DNA of 63,331 nucleotides, the filler included, from Chrysochromulina tobinii (taxonomy: Eukaryota): NCBI GenBank assembly GCA_001275005.1. It is 4 parts of 4 records of this genome, joined end to end, with 100 filler letters (N's around TTAATTAATTAA, not from the genome) between each part and the next. Parts side by side here need not be neighbours in the genome. Positions count along the whole stretch, not along the records: positions 21,523 to 36,620 come from JWZX01000622.1; positions 36,721 to 58,176 come from JWZX01000623.1; 2 more parts are not named here. One strand, given 5' to 3'. Under the pieces are notes generated by a model that saw nothing but the letters and a program-made list of their open reading frames with translations, was not told where the DNA came from and did not search any database. A program made the position numbers and the translations under genes. Shown one piece after another: positions 29,919 to 39,526 of this stretch (position 1 is its first letter; every line of letters starts with the position of its first letter).

Positions 29919-32900
29919 ATGGTGCCGGCCGATATTCGCCAGTTAGCACTGGCGTATGTTGATGACGATGTCTCCGAGCAGTCGCCGCTTCTGGCTCGTA
30001 AGGCGATGGCTGAGCACATGAAACTGAGTGGCTCTTTGAGGCAGGACACGACAGCGGCAGGGGACGTGCAATCGCACAGACAGGTTTTGGATCCGCAGTC
30101 CACGAATGTGGTCGACGGCAGCATGGAGGAGCACTGCGCAACCATGAAGCAGGAGGAGGTAGATGCATCAGGGTCGCGCTCTATGCGGCACTCGGACGCG
30201 ATGCTCACGCTCAGGCTCGTGCTCCTCTCCGGCGAGACGGCGCAGCCGCAGCAACAGCAACAGTTTCTCGTCGACGTATCAGATGCGATTTGCTACGGCG
30301 AGTTGCGCAAACTCGTGCAGCGTCGGTGCGGCTCGCGCCTCTCCAACAGCTTCCGACTCCTGAGGCTGAAGCGCTCGGGCGAGACGGTCGTCCTCGACCA
30401 GCAGACCTTTCCGAACTATGTGCTCGCGAGCTGGTGCCAGCAGCCGTGGACCATCTACGTGCAGGACGAGCGCAACGGAGAGCTGAGCCAGCAGCTTCAC
30501 GTTGAGGATGCACTGGACTCGAAGAGCGTGTTTGCTTTGCTGTTGTCCAAGGCTGTTGAGCGACCGATGGCGTCCGTGCTCGTCCCGTCCGCGCCCAACG
30601 ACAGCGGCAGCCACGTCTACCTGGACCCGGCGAGAGGCCGCTGGATCGTGGATACGAAGCGCTTTGGCGTGCGCGTCGAAATTCCCGCGCAGTCCTTGCT
30701 GCCGGGCGCGAGGCTTGAGGTTCGCTTCTTCACGCCCGCCGCTGTAGGCTACCTCATGGGTCGTGGTCTCACGCGCGAGCTCATGTATACGCCGATCGTC
30801 CGCGTCGACTACCCAGCCTTCAAGGACGACGACGCCCAGGACGACGCCGAGCGGCCGGGGATCATCGGCAAGTCGCCACCACTTTTCAAGATGCCTCTTA
30901 CTCTAGTGCTGCCACACTCGTTTGATGCGAGTGGAGGGGAGGAGTCGTGCCTCTTGATGGGCGCGGCGCATGGCGCCACGCACTGGGCCCCCGTGCATGC
31001 AGCCGATGACGTGGGGAGCCTCTATTGCGATGACCTCGTACTGGACGAGAGGGAGTTGCGTGCGTCGATCCCGTTCGCCGGCCTCTTCTGCGCGTTCGCA
31101 CACCCTCACGTGGAGGTCATCACTGCAGTGCGACTCCACTTGTACATGCGCCCCGAGGTGGGGCGCGACAGCCCCTTTTCACTGCGCGTCTACTTGTGCC
31201 CTGAGCTGCCCACGGAGCTGGAGGAGCTCGCCTTGGCGGAGGCGTCTCAGTGGGGGAACTCGGTGCGTGTTGGCAGCTCCAAGCTGCTTTTCTTGTGCCT
31301 AGGGGCGAAGCTCCGCATGTCGTATATTGACGACCGGACGGGGGAGCGGCATGACGGTGAGCTCGTGTGGCAGGGCAGGCGCACCTTGCTTGAGCTCACG
31401 CTGCCGATGGCGGGCGACAAGGGAGATGAGCCTGCACAGGGCGACATGGACCGACGCATGAGACTTCGAGGCCAACTGGCTGTCGATGTGGTCGCGGGGG
31501 TCGGCAAGCGCGCCTCCAGGCCCCCAGCAGTGGCTCGCAAGGCCGGCATCCCCGAGACGGGCTACACGGTGGAGTTTGAGACGCGCCTCAATCTCGAGAT
31601 GCGCCCGGATGCGCCCGTGCTCGCGCTGCTCGAGCGCACGCCGCACGAGTTCACCGTGGTGTGGCCAAAGGTGCGAGCTCCCGACTCCGAGATCGCGGCC
31701 GAGATAACGCACTACGCGCTCGAGCTGCAGATGAGTGCACCCTCTGGCTCGCCATATGAGTGGAGGGAGCTCTGGTGCGGTGCGGGGCACGAACTCGTCG
31801 ACTTCCGAGCACTGGTGAATGAGGAGATGGCGCGCACGAGCGGCGACGAGCGTGCGTTGCGCGATGCACAGCAGCACACGAAGGCACGACGTTTGAAGCT
31901 GACCGAGGCGTTGGCGCAGGCGAAGGCGGAGGCGGAGGCCCTTGCGGTCGGCGAAACGTCGAGCACGGGGCGCCACAGGAGGCGAAAGCGGCACCAAGAT
32001 TCAAACGCGGCGCAAGATTCAAACGCGGCGGGCGCGGCGGGCGCGGCGGGCGCGGCGGGCGCGGCGGGTGCGGCGGGTGCGGCGGGTGCGGCTGAGAGTG
32101 CCTCGTCGGCGCCTTTTGCCGACACGGCGCCTGCTGCCGAGGTGCTGTACGGCTACTCGTTGAGTGTGGATCCAAGTCTCTTCGGGCGGCTGCGCATGCG
32201 CTGCTGGAGCAATGCCGAGGTGCGGCCGTCGCGCTATAGCAATGCCGTGCGCTTGCCGCAGGGCGTGCCCGGCGCGGTGGGCGGTGAGCCGCCCCCTCCC
32301 AAGGACGTGGAGCAACTGCTGCTCGAAAAGGCGCGAGAGACCTACTTTAGCAAGCAGCCTCAGCACGTGACGGACGGCGGGTGGCCCGTCGCCCACCGCA
32401 TCGGCAACGCGCCGAGTCGGCAGGAATGGGGCGGCAACACCCTTCTCTTGTCGGCGCCGTCGAGCGAGCAGCACGGTGCCGTACCGGTGCCGTACGACGT
32501 CCCGCGGCTGCCTGTCCGTGACACGGCTGGGCTCGCCAAGGCGGGCGCGGCGCTCGCGGCACAGTACCGTGCGATGGGCGCCGAGGGCGGAGGCGGGGGG
32601 CTAGTGTTTGGACTTCGGGTCGACCATGTGCTGCAGGCAATCCTGGGCACGCCGACGGCCAACGGCCAGTACTCGCCGCGACGCACGCTGAGCACGCTGC
32701 AGCAGCCGCTGATGGCCATGTGTGAGGTCGTCTACCACGACGTGCTCCTGCCGCTCCTTGACGGCGCGCGCGTGCTGCGCAGCGAGTGGCAGCTTGTGGG
32801 CGAGAAGATGGCGGGCATCATCCCGCGAATTGTGTCGCACGCTTGCTACTACACGCGGGTGAGTCCGCACGTGGCCGAGCTGCTCGAGATCTTGAGGAGC

Positions 32901-34856
32901 TTCTATGAGATGCTTCGTCAGTGCCAGCACGAGCAGTGCCTCACCTTCCATCTTGGCCATCCCGAGTACTCAGGCCCGTTGAAGCGCCAGCTGCGCGCGG
33001 AGGCGACCGTTGAAGTCTGTGTGCTGCTGTGGAAACTCTCGACGAGGATGCTCGAGATGGAGCTCGACGTGGCCGCCCACGTGGCCGCCCAGCGCCCCTG
33101 TGACGAAATGGAGCCCTGGAGGCCGCCGCCCTCGAAGCTGCCCCCTGTTCAGGTAACGGCCGCCGCGCCCGCTGCCACCAGTGCCACTCGCAAAGCGGGT
33201 GCCAACGGCCGACCCACGGCGTGCTCGCCACGGCGCGCCACGCGGCCGCGCCCCCCGCGGTTTGCCCCGCGGCTTGGTCACGTGGTTGTCATCGATCCGA
33301 GCCGGCCGCAGTACGCGGGTGGGGGCGGCAACAACAGCGTGGTCGTGTACGAGCGTCAACCGACTTATGAGATCGAGCTGACGCAGAGCATGCGTGCTAG
33401 GGACGCTCTTGCACAGCGGCACGCGCGCTCGCTGCACCTGATGGGCGGGCGCACCGACGGAGTGCATCTCCTCGACGAGATCGACTGGGGGCGTGGCGCG
33501 CGCTCGCTACAGCGCGAGATCGTCTCGATGCTCGATCGTGCCAAGGTAGCTCCGAAGGACTGGGTGCATGCGTGGAGGGCGCTCGCCACCGGCGGCACAG
33601 ACGCTGGCGGCACGCTCGGTGATAAACCTAAGCATGGGGGCGAGGGTATTCATGTCACCCACGGCGGCAGCGTGCCCGCTGGCGACCCGATGAGCTTCGA
33701 GTCGACACGTGTGCCCACGCGCCACCCGCTGTGGCGTGGAGCTTCATCGGCCATCGACGTGAATCCAGGGCTCTTCACGTTCACGGACCTCGAGAGCGTC
33801 GTCAGAGCGATCGTTCGACCGGTAGACGATGGACCTTGCTCGCACTGGCAGCGGCTGCTCGTTCCGGCCGTGCTGGCGATGCACAGGGAGCTCCGGCGCA
33901 AGGACGAGCGCATCGAGAGCTCGGCGCTCGTCGGCTGGTTGGTTGAGGGATGGCGCCGGGCATTTGTTCTGGAGCACACGCCACAGCCTCCCAAGCGCGT
34001 CCCGCTCATCAACCCGCCACAGCTCACTAGTGTTCACAGTGCGCTCGAGTTCACAGTAGTCCCCGTGATGGAGGGTGCGAAGGTCCCTCCACCTTCGCGT
34101 GCCAGCAGGCCTGGCAGCGCCTCTAGTACACGCTGGCTGGGGCGGCCGGCCAGCACGGACTCGCCGTTGCGCCCGTCTCTGCCCCCCAGCAGGCCTGGCA
34201 GCGCCCACGGCAGCGCGGCCACGAAAGTGAACCCGACGACGCGGGAAAGACCCGCGTCGGCGGTAGCGCGGATGCCGCCTCCACCGCCGCCCTCGCGTCC
34301 CTCGTCGGCGTTCGCCCGTAACGCGTCCGCGCCACGTCCGGGGACGGCGCCCGCGGGGCTGTCCAAGGCGCGTGTCGCGCTGACCATCGACGGCCATCTC
34401 TCCACCGAGATTGAGAGCGAGATGCACACCGAGATGGACACCGAGATGGACACCAAGGGGGCAGCCGCCGACGCCTCGCTGCGCCCGCGCCCACGCTCAG
34501 CGCTCGTCCGAAGCGCCAGCGAAGTGACTCCACTCGAACGTTATCGACGGATCCAGGCCGCACGCACGCACACATGCATGCAGCGCCGGGGCGGGGCGTC
34601 CATGCACAGTGTATACGAGGCGCCGTCGCTCTTCGAAGAACTCGCTTCGATTCCCCCGAAGAGCCTAGACGCCCGGCACGGCGCTTTGTCAAGCCCCACA
34701 AGTGCGGGCAGCCTGCTAAGCACCGTGCCGGGCACCCTGCTAAGCGCCTCGCTCGTGCGCATGGCTGCGGACGCGCCGCTCTCGACATCGGAGACGGGAC
34801 AAAGCAGCCCGATGTGGTCGGCGCCGGTCTCGATGGCCTACAGAGCGATGCTGTGA
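29919..34856 (+). CDS. Large multidomain protein: PB1-like, ZU5(-UPA)-like, split FN3-like, helical region, disordered tail
   Basis: GVRVEIPAQSL...TPIVRV...PLTLVLPH (ZU5); PDAP.L.....FTVVW...ITHYALE and RMRCWS...SRYSNAV (FN3); RP.SA repeats in the tail. Confidence 0.65.
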   Translation: MVPADIRQLALAYVDDDVSEQSPLLARKAMAEHMKLSGSLRQDTTAAGDVQSHRQVLDPQSTNVVDGSMEEHCATMKQEEVDASGSRSMRHSDAMLTLRLVLLSGETAQPQQQQQFLVDVSDAICYGELRKLVQRRCGSRLSNSFRLLRLKRSGETVVLDQQTFPNYVLASWCQQPWTIYVQDERNGELSQQLHVEDALDSKSVFALLLSKAVERPMASVLVPSAPNDSGSHVYLDPARGRWIVDTKRFGVRVEIPAQSLLPGARLEVRFFTPAAVGYLMGRGLTRELMYTPIVRVDYPAFKDDDAQDDAERPGIIGKSPPLFKMPLTLVLPHSFDASGGEESCLLMGAAHGATHWAPVHAADDVGSLYCDDLVLDERELRASIPFAGLFCAFAHPHVEVITAVRLHLYMRPEVGRDSPFSLRVYLCPELPTELEELALAEASQWGNSVRVGSSKLLFLCLGAKLRMSYIDDRTGERHDGELVWQGRRTLLELTLPMAGDKGDEPAQGDMDRRMRLRGQLAVDVVAGVGKRASRPPAVARKAGIPETGYTVEFETRLNLEMRPDAPVLALLERTPHEFTVVWPKVRAPDSEIAAEITHYALELQMSAPSGSPYEWRELWCGAGHELVDFRALVNEEMARTSGDERALRDAQQHTKARRLKLTEALAQAKAEAEALAVGETSSTGRHRRRKRHQDSNAAQDSNAAGAAGAAGAAGAAGAAGAAGAAESASSAPFADTAPAAEVLYGYSLSVDPSLFGRLRMRCWSNAEVRPSRYSNAVRLPQGVPGAVGGEPPPPKDVEQLLLEKARETYFSKQPQHVTDGGWPVAHRIGNAPSRQEWGGNTLLLSAPSSEQHGAVPVPYDVPRLPVRDTAGLAKAGAALAAQYRAMGAEGGGGGLVFGLRVDHVLQAILGTPTANGQYSPRRTLSTLQQPLMAMCEVVYHDVLLPLLDGARVLRSEWQLVGEKMAGIIPRIVSHACYYTRVSPHVAELLEILRSFYEMLRQCQHEQCLTFHLGHPEYSGPLKRQLRAEATVEVCVLLWKLSTRMLEMELDVAAHVAAQRPCDEMEPWRPPPSKLPPVQVTAAAPAATSATRKAGANGRPTACSPRRATRPRPPRFAPRLGHVVVIDPSRPQYAGGGGNNSVVVYERQPTYEIELTQSMRARDALAQRHARSLHLMGGRTDGVHLLDEIDWGRGARSLQREIVSMLDRAKVAPKDWVHAWRALATGGTDAGGTLGDKPKHGGEGIHVTHGGSVPAGDPMSFESTRVPTRHPLWRGASSAIDVNPGLFTFTDLESVVRAIVRPVDDGPCSHWQRLLVPAVLAMHRELRRKDERIESSALVGWLVEGWRRAFVLEHTPQPPKRVPLINPPQLTSVHSALEFTVVPVMEGAKVPPPSRASRPGSASSTRWLGRPASTDSPLRPSLPPSRPGSAHGSAATKVNPTTRERPASAVARMPPPPPPSRPSSAFARNASAPRPGTAPAGLSKARVALTIDGHLSTEIESEMHTEMDTEMDTKGAAADASLRPRPRSALVRSASEVTPLERYRRIQAARTHTCMQRRGGASMHSVYEAPSLFEELASIPPKSLDARHGALSSPTSAGSLLSTVPGTLLSASLVRMAADAPLSTSETGQSSPMWSAPVSMAYRAML

Positions 34857-35087
34857 GAAGTCAGAAGAAGGCGCAGCTCGTCTATTGGACGAGAGCCTTC
34901 CCGACGTGAGACTGTGAGGTGTGCAGGCTTTGCGGCGATCTTGTAGTTAAAGTGTGTAGAGGTGCTAGTTGTGGGAGCTAGGAGGCTTGATATGCGAGTG
35001 TCTAATCATGGAAAGTGAATGTGAGAGGTGGCGCCGTCGTGAGCAGTTTTGTGGACGCCTGGGTCCTGGACGCCTTGTTGCGGCGCG

Positions 35088-36275
35088 ATGTGGCCGACCG
35101 CCGGCCTACAAGATTTACGCGTGCGCGTGCAAGAGCCGATGCTCCAAGTCTGTGTTACAACCTGCTGCGGTCGTGACCTCTCCTGGGCCGGAGATCTCCT
35201 GAGTGCTGGCGGCTGGGGCCCTCCCAAGCTTCACCGCAAGAGGCGAGATTTTGATGGAGGTACTTCACTATCTCTGCCATCAATCCTTGGCCGCCACGCC
35301 CAGCTGATGATTTACCACAAGGGCGGTAATTCTTCCGAGGTCCGCATGCTTCTTGATGCGGTGCGTGCACGTGTGGCGCACCCGGCCTCCGTGAAGGCGG
35401 TGCTACTGCCAAATGCTCCTGGACGTGAGGGCCACACGATAGCGCATCACATCGCCGAGAATTGGAACCACCTGGCGCTCGTGACCACCTTTGTGCAGGG
35501 CGACGTCAAGGCGGACCACATGGTGCCAATTGTCGAGCTGCACGACGCGCTCGTTCGGGCCCGCCAGCATGTCATGACGGAATGGTCGGAGTTGACTCAC
35601 ACATTCGGTGTGGCCGCACCGCACCATGGCAGCGCCGACGCCGCTCGAGCTATTGTGCAGCGCATGGCCAGCGTCATGCAGGCCGCAGCCCCGAACACGG
35701 GCGCAGCCTGCCTCTGCCACGCGAGCGAGCTGCCTCCGCTGCTCTGCGAGGCCGACACGGGTCCTGATGCCAGAGCTTGGCCATGCCCAACGTGGTTTAG
35801 AGAGGCACAGCACAAGAGCCATGGTGCGCTCCAGCAGCTCGGCGGCTACACTTCGCTGATGGGCTTCGTCATGCACGGCTTTCTCGGCGAGCAGACCTGG
35901 CCCGGCATGCGAATTCCTTGGTGCAATGCCGGCGCGCTCTCGGTGACCGTTGACCAGGCACGCGCCGCCAAGCCTGTGGAGTGGTGGCTCGCCCTCCGCC
36001 AGCTGCTGGAGCGCGACCGCAAGATCAAATGGGTGAGTGCGCTCCGGATGGCGCACGTCTTCGAGCGGCTCTGGTTACGCATCTTCAGCAGCACGCCAAT
36101 ACAAGGGGGTAGCGGTGATGTCAGCAGTGGTGGCAAGAGGCGCAGCGTGCCGTCGTGCCTCGACGATCCGAATGCGACTTGCTGTGTGAAGCACCACGAG
36201 TGCTGCTGTCCTACTCGTCGCCGCCCGCCTGCAGGTCGGGAGGAGCCCATGGAGGTGGCCCTGGCTCCCATTTGA
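35088..36275 (+). CDS. DUF3431-like protein
   Basis: DLSW, IYHK, LPN..GREGHT..HHI..NW..L...T.FVQG, AHVFERLW..IF. Confidence 0.65.
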   Translation: MWPTAGLQDLRVRVQEPMLQVCVTTCCGRDLSWAGDLLSAGGWGPPKLHRKRRDFDGGTSLSLPSILGRHAQLMIYHKGGNSSEVRMLLDAVRARVAHPASVKAVLLPNAPGREGHTIAHHIAENWNHLALVTTFVQGDVKADHMVPIVELHDALVRARQHVMTEWSELTHTFGVAAPHHGSADAARAIVQRMASVMQAAAPNTGAACLCHASELPPLLCEADTGPDARAWPCPTWFREAQHKSHGALQQLGGYTSLMGFVMHGFLGEQTWPGMRIPWCNAGALSVTVDQARAAKPVEWWLALRQLLERDRKIKWVSALRMAHVFERLWLRIFSSTPIQGGSGDVSSGGKRRSVPSCLDDPNATCCVKHHECCCPTRRRPPAGREEPMEVALAPI

Positions 36276-36620
36276 CACACCGTCACATGGATATGTTGAC
36301 GCGTTGGTATTTTAGCTCGCCCGGTTCTTCCCACTTCCGCACATCTCGCTTCATCTGCGGCCGAGAGCGGAGAGCGGAGAGCGGGCGAACTAATACCAAA
36401 TCGACTGCTGCAGACAAATCGAATGCGTACGTCGTGTCGATCTTTATCGTTACCGCCGAGACCCGAGCGTAACGACCGTCCGCTATATATAAATCGGCCG
36501 TGTAGACGTGTTGCACGCCGGTGTGAAACGAGCGAGATCCGACAAAATTTTCGAACTCCCGCAATGCGGGACCCCACTCGACTTTTCTCGCGGCCGCGCC
36601 GCGTTCAGATGCGTGAGTCC

Positions 36621-36720
36621 NNNNNNNNNNNNNNNNNNNNNNNNNNNNNNNNNNNNNNNNNNNNTTAATTAATTAANNNNNNNNNNNNNNNNNNNNNNNN
36701 NNNNNNNNNNNNNNNNNNNN
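36621..36720. other. Assembly gap with linker
   Basis: N-run, TTAATTAATTAA, N-run. Confidence 0.98.
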
Positions 36721-39132
36721 CGCCCCCGCCGCTCGCCGCTCCCTCCCCGTCGAGTTGGCCGTCGAGGAGGTCGCGGGGCGGCCTGAGAAGCCCAAGACGG
36801 CGCTCGCATGCGTCACTTTCCCGCCCGAGCTGCTGCCGGTGGCGCGGCGCGCGCTGGCCGGCCTGCCGGGCGCGAGCCTCGTGCCGGGCCTGGGGCCGCA
36901 GCGCCTCAAGGTGCCACTCGAGAGCTACAAGGCACTGCTGGAACTTCTCGAGAAGGACCAGGGCGGCGCGGTGGGTCTCGCCCCCGCACACCCGATCGAG
37001 CGAGCAGCCCTCGCGTACGCCCCTCCGCTCAGTGAGGCGGCCGCGGCGAAGGTGATGGCCGAGCGTCTCCCCGAACGGCTGAGTCGATCCCTGTTCGAGT
37101 TCCAGCGTGAGGGGGTGCAGTTTGCCATCCGGCACGGTGGGCGCGTCCTCATTGCCGACGAGATGGGTCTCGGGAAGACGGTGCAGGCCATCTGCACCGC
37201 GCTCTGCTACCCGAATGACTGGCCAGCCCTCGTCATCTGCCCAGCGTCCCTCGTCGATAACTGGGCGAACGAGCTGTCCACTTGGCTCGGGCGTGCCGGC
37301 GTACCCGAGCCGTCGGGGCTCGTCCACCGCGTCAAAAAGGGGGCCGATCCGCTCCGGCCGCCACAGGCTGCCCAAGCACTTGCTGCCTTCACGCCGCGTG
37401 GCGCCGGTGGCCAATACGGGAGCGCCAGTGGCAGCGACGACGATGGAAGCAACCAGGGGGGCAGCCAGGGGGGCAGCCAGGATGGCAGCCAGAGGGGCGC
37501 CGGTGGGGTCGCGCGTGGTGTCACGATCATCTCGTACGCCCTCGCCGAGAAGGCGGCCGCTGACCTTCTCAGGTGCGGCTTTGGCATCCTCATCTGTGAC
37601 GAATCCCATGCCCTCAAGGGGGCAGATACCAAGCGCACCAAGGCATTGATCCCGATGATTGCTCAGGCACGGCGAGCTCTGCTTCTCTCCGGTACGCTGC
37701 CCAGGCTCTCAACGGCCGCTCGGTCCTCCTCGCCCTCCCGCTCGTCCTCCATTCACACCCTCATTCACACCTCATCGCGCCCCTCCCTCCCCCTCTCGTG
37801 CAGGTACGCCGGTGCTCTCGCGCCCGATCGAGCTCTACACGTGCGCGCATGCATTGCGCCCAGCTGTCTTCGGCACCCAAAAGGAGTATTCGGTGCGCTA
37901 CTGCGCGGCCAAGCAAGGGAGATGGGGTTGGGACGATAAGGGATCGTCCAATCTTCTTCATCTGTCGGCGGTGCTCGCGCATTGCCTCATGGTGCGCCGG
38001 GAGAAGCGCGCTGTCCTCTCGCAACTGCCGCCCAAGCTGCGACAGGCGGTGAGTGTCGAGATCGATGCGAAGAGTAGTGGTGCCATCGCACGCCGGCTGG
38101 CTGAGATTATCAAGCACGGAGGCGGCGGCGGCGGCGGCGACGACGAGGGGGGCGGCGGTGGCCAGCACAACCCTATGCTGACGGAGGTGTGCGGTCTGAC
38201 GGGCGAGGCGAAGGTGAACGGCGTGGTGCAGCACGTGCTCACGACCCTCGAGGCGTCGCCAGAAGTCAAGCTACTCCTCTTCGGGCATCACCAGGCGGTG
38301 CTCGATGCGCTCGAGGCGGCGCTCCTCGAGAAGGCCAAGGTCGTGGGTGGGCTAGTGCGGATCGACGGCCGCACCCCGACTGAGCATCGCCAGCCGCTCG
38401 TCGACCGATTCCAATCGGAGTCGTCCGTACGTGTGGCGCTCCTCTCGATCAATGCGGCGGGGGTGGGGCTGACGTTAACGGCCGCCTCACTCGTCATCTT
38501 TGCGGAGCTTTCGTGGAACGTCGCCTTCCTGCTGCAGGTGACGGGGTGCCACGGGCGGTCCGCCCGAGTGCCCACCTGCGTGCCCCGGAGTGCCTCCGGA
38601 GTGCCAGTGACCTCCTGAGTGACCTCCTGAGTGCCTCATGAGTGACTTTCTGAGTGCCTCCTTAGTGCCTCCTGCGTGCCTCCTGAGTGACCTCCTGAGT
38701 GCCACAAGTATCCTAGCATGACGACGGATTGGCCGGTGGCAGGCGGAGGACCGCGCGCACCGCATCGGGCAGCACTCCTGCGTGCACGTGCAGTACTGCT
38801 TGGCGGAGGGCACCGTCGATGATTGGATGTGGCGTACAGTCGAACGCAAGCTCTCGGTGACCGGCTCGACTCTCAACGGTCGCGACGCATTGCAGGGTGG
38901 CGCCGGCTTTGCACAGCACCAGGGGGTCGGAGCGGCCAGCGTGGCCAGCGTGGCGGGTGGGGGAGGTGCCGCTGGTGCCGAAATTGGCAACCATGACCTT
39001 CGTATGATGCTCGGCGCTCGCAAGGAGCCGCCTGGGCGCACGGCGGAGGGCGAGAGTGCTGCGGCCAAACGGCTGTGCCAACGGCCGCCGCCCGCCGCCC
39101 GCGAGGTCATCTCGCTTGATGAGGACGACTGA
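36721..39132 (+). CDS. SMARCAL1/ZRANB3-like SNF2 helicase; 5' end in gap; introns 37692-37803 and 38538-38742
   Basis: FQREGV, LIADEMGLGKTVQA, CDESH, LLLSG|TP..SRP.EL, RIDG.T, AAGVGLTLTAA, LLQ|AEDRAHRIGQ; both GT-AG introns restore helicase motifs. Confidence 0.9.
38565..38705 (+). repeat. Degenerate 11-12-nt tandem repeat (GAGTG[A]CCTCCT), intronic
   Basis: Directly visible. Confidence 0.85.
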
Positions 39133-39526
39133 GTAGCGCGCACTTCGCGAGCGGAGCGTGGGGGGGGGCGTGCCGCCTGCGGCGTGCAGGTAGCGCGGCT
39201 GCACCAGCCTGAGAGCTGAGATGGATCCCAATCAGATCTTTCGATATGATCCCTATGATGCCGCATCGACATAGCATCGACATACAGTGTGTAGTCGCAT
39301 ACTCCACTGGCGCTACTAACTGGCGCACTGCGCGACATAGCAGTACACTGTGGAAGACGTTATTACTTATTTACAAATTTTTTACAAATCTGTACTTTGT
39401 CCACAGTGCACTTTAAAAATACCGGACGACGTGTGCACACCCTCGTGCGGGAGCTGTACCGCGCCTTCTAGTTAGTTAAGGTAACCCTCCGTCGACGGCG
39501 TCGTGCCCAGGCGCTACGCCTACGGA

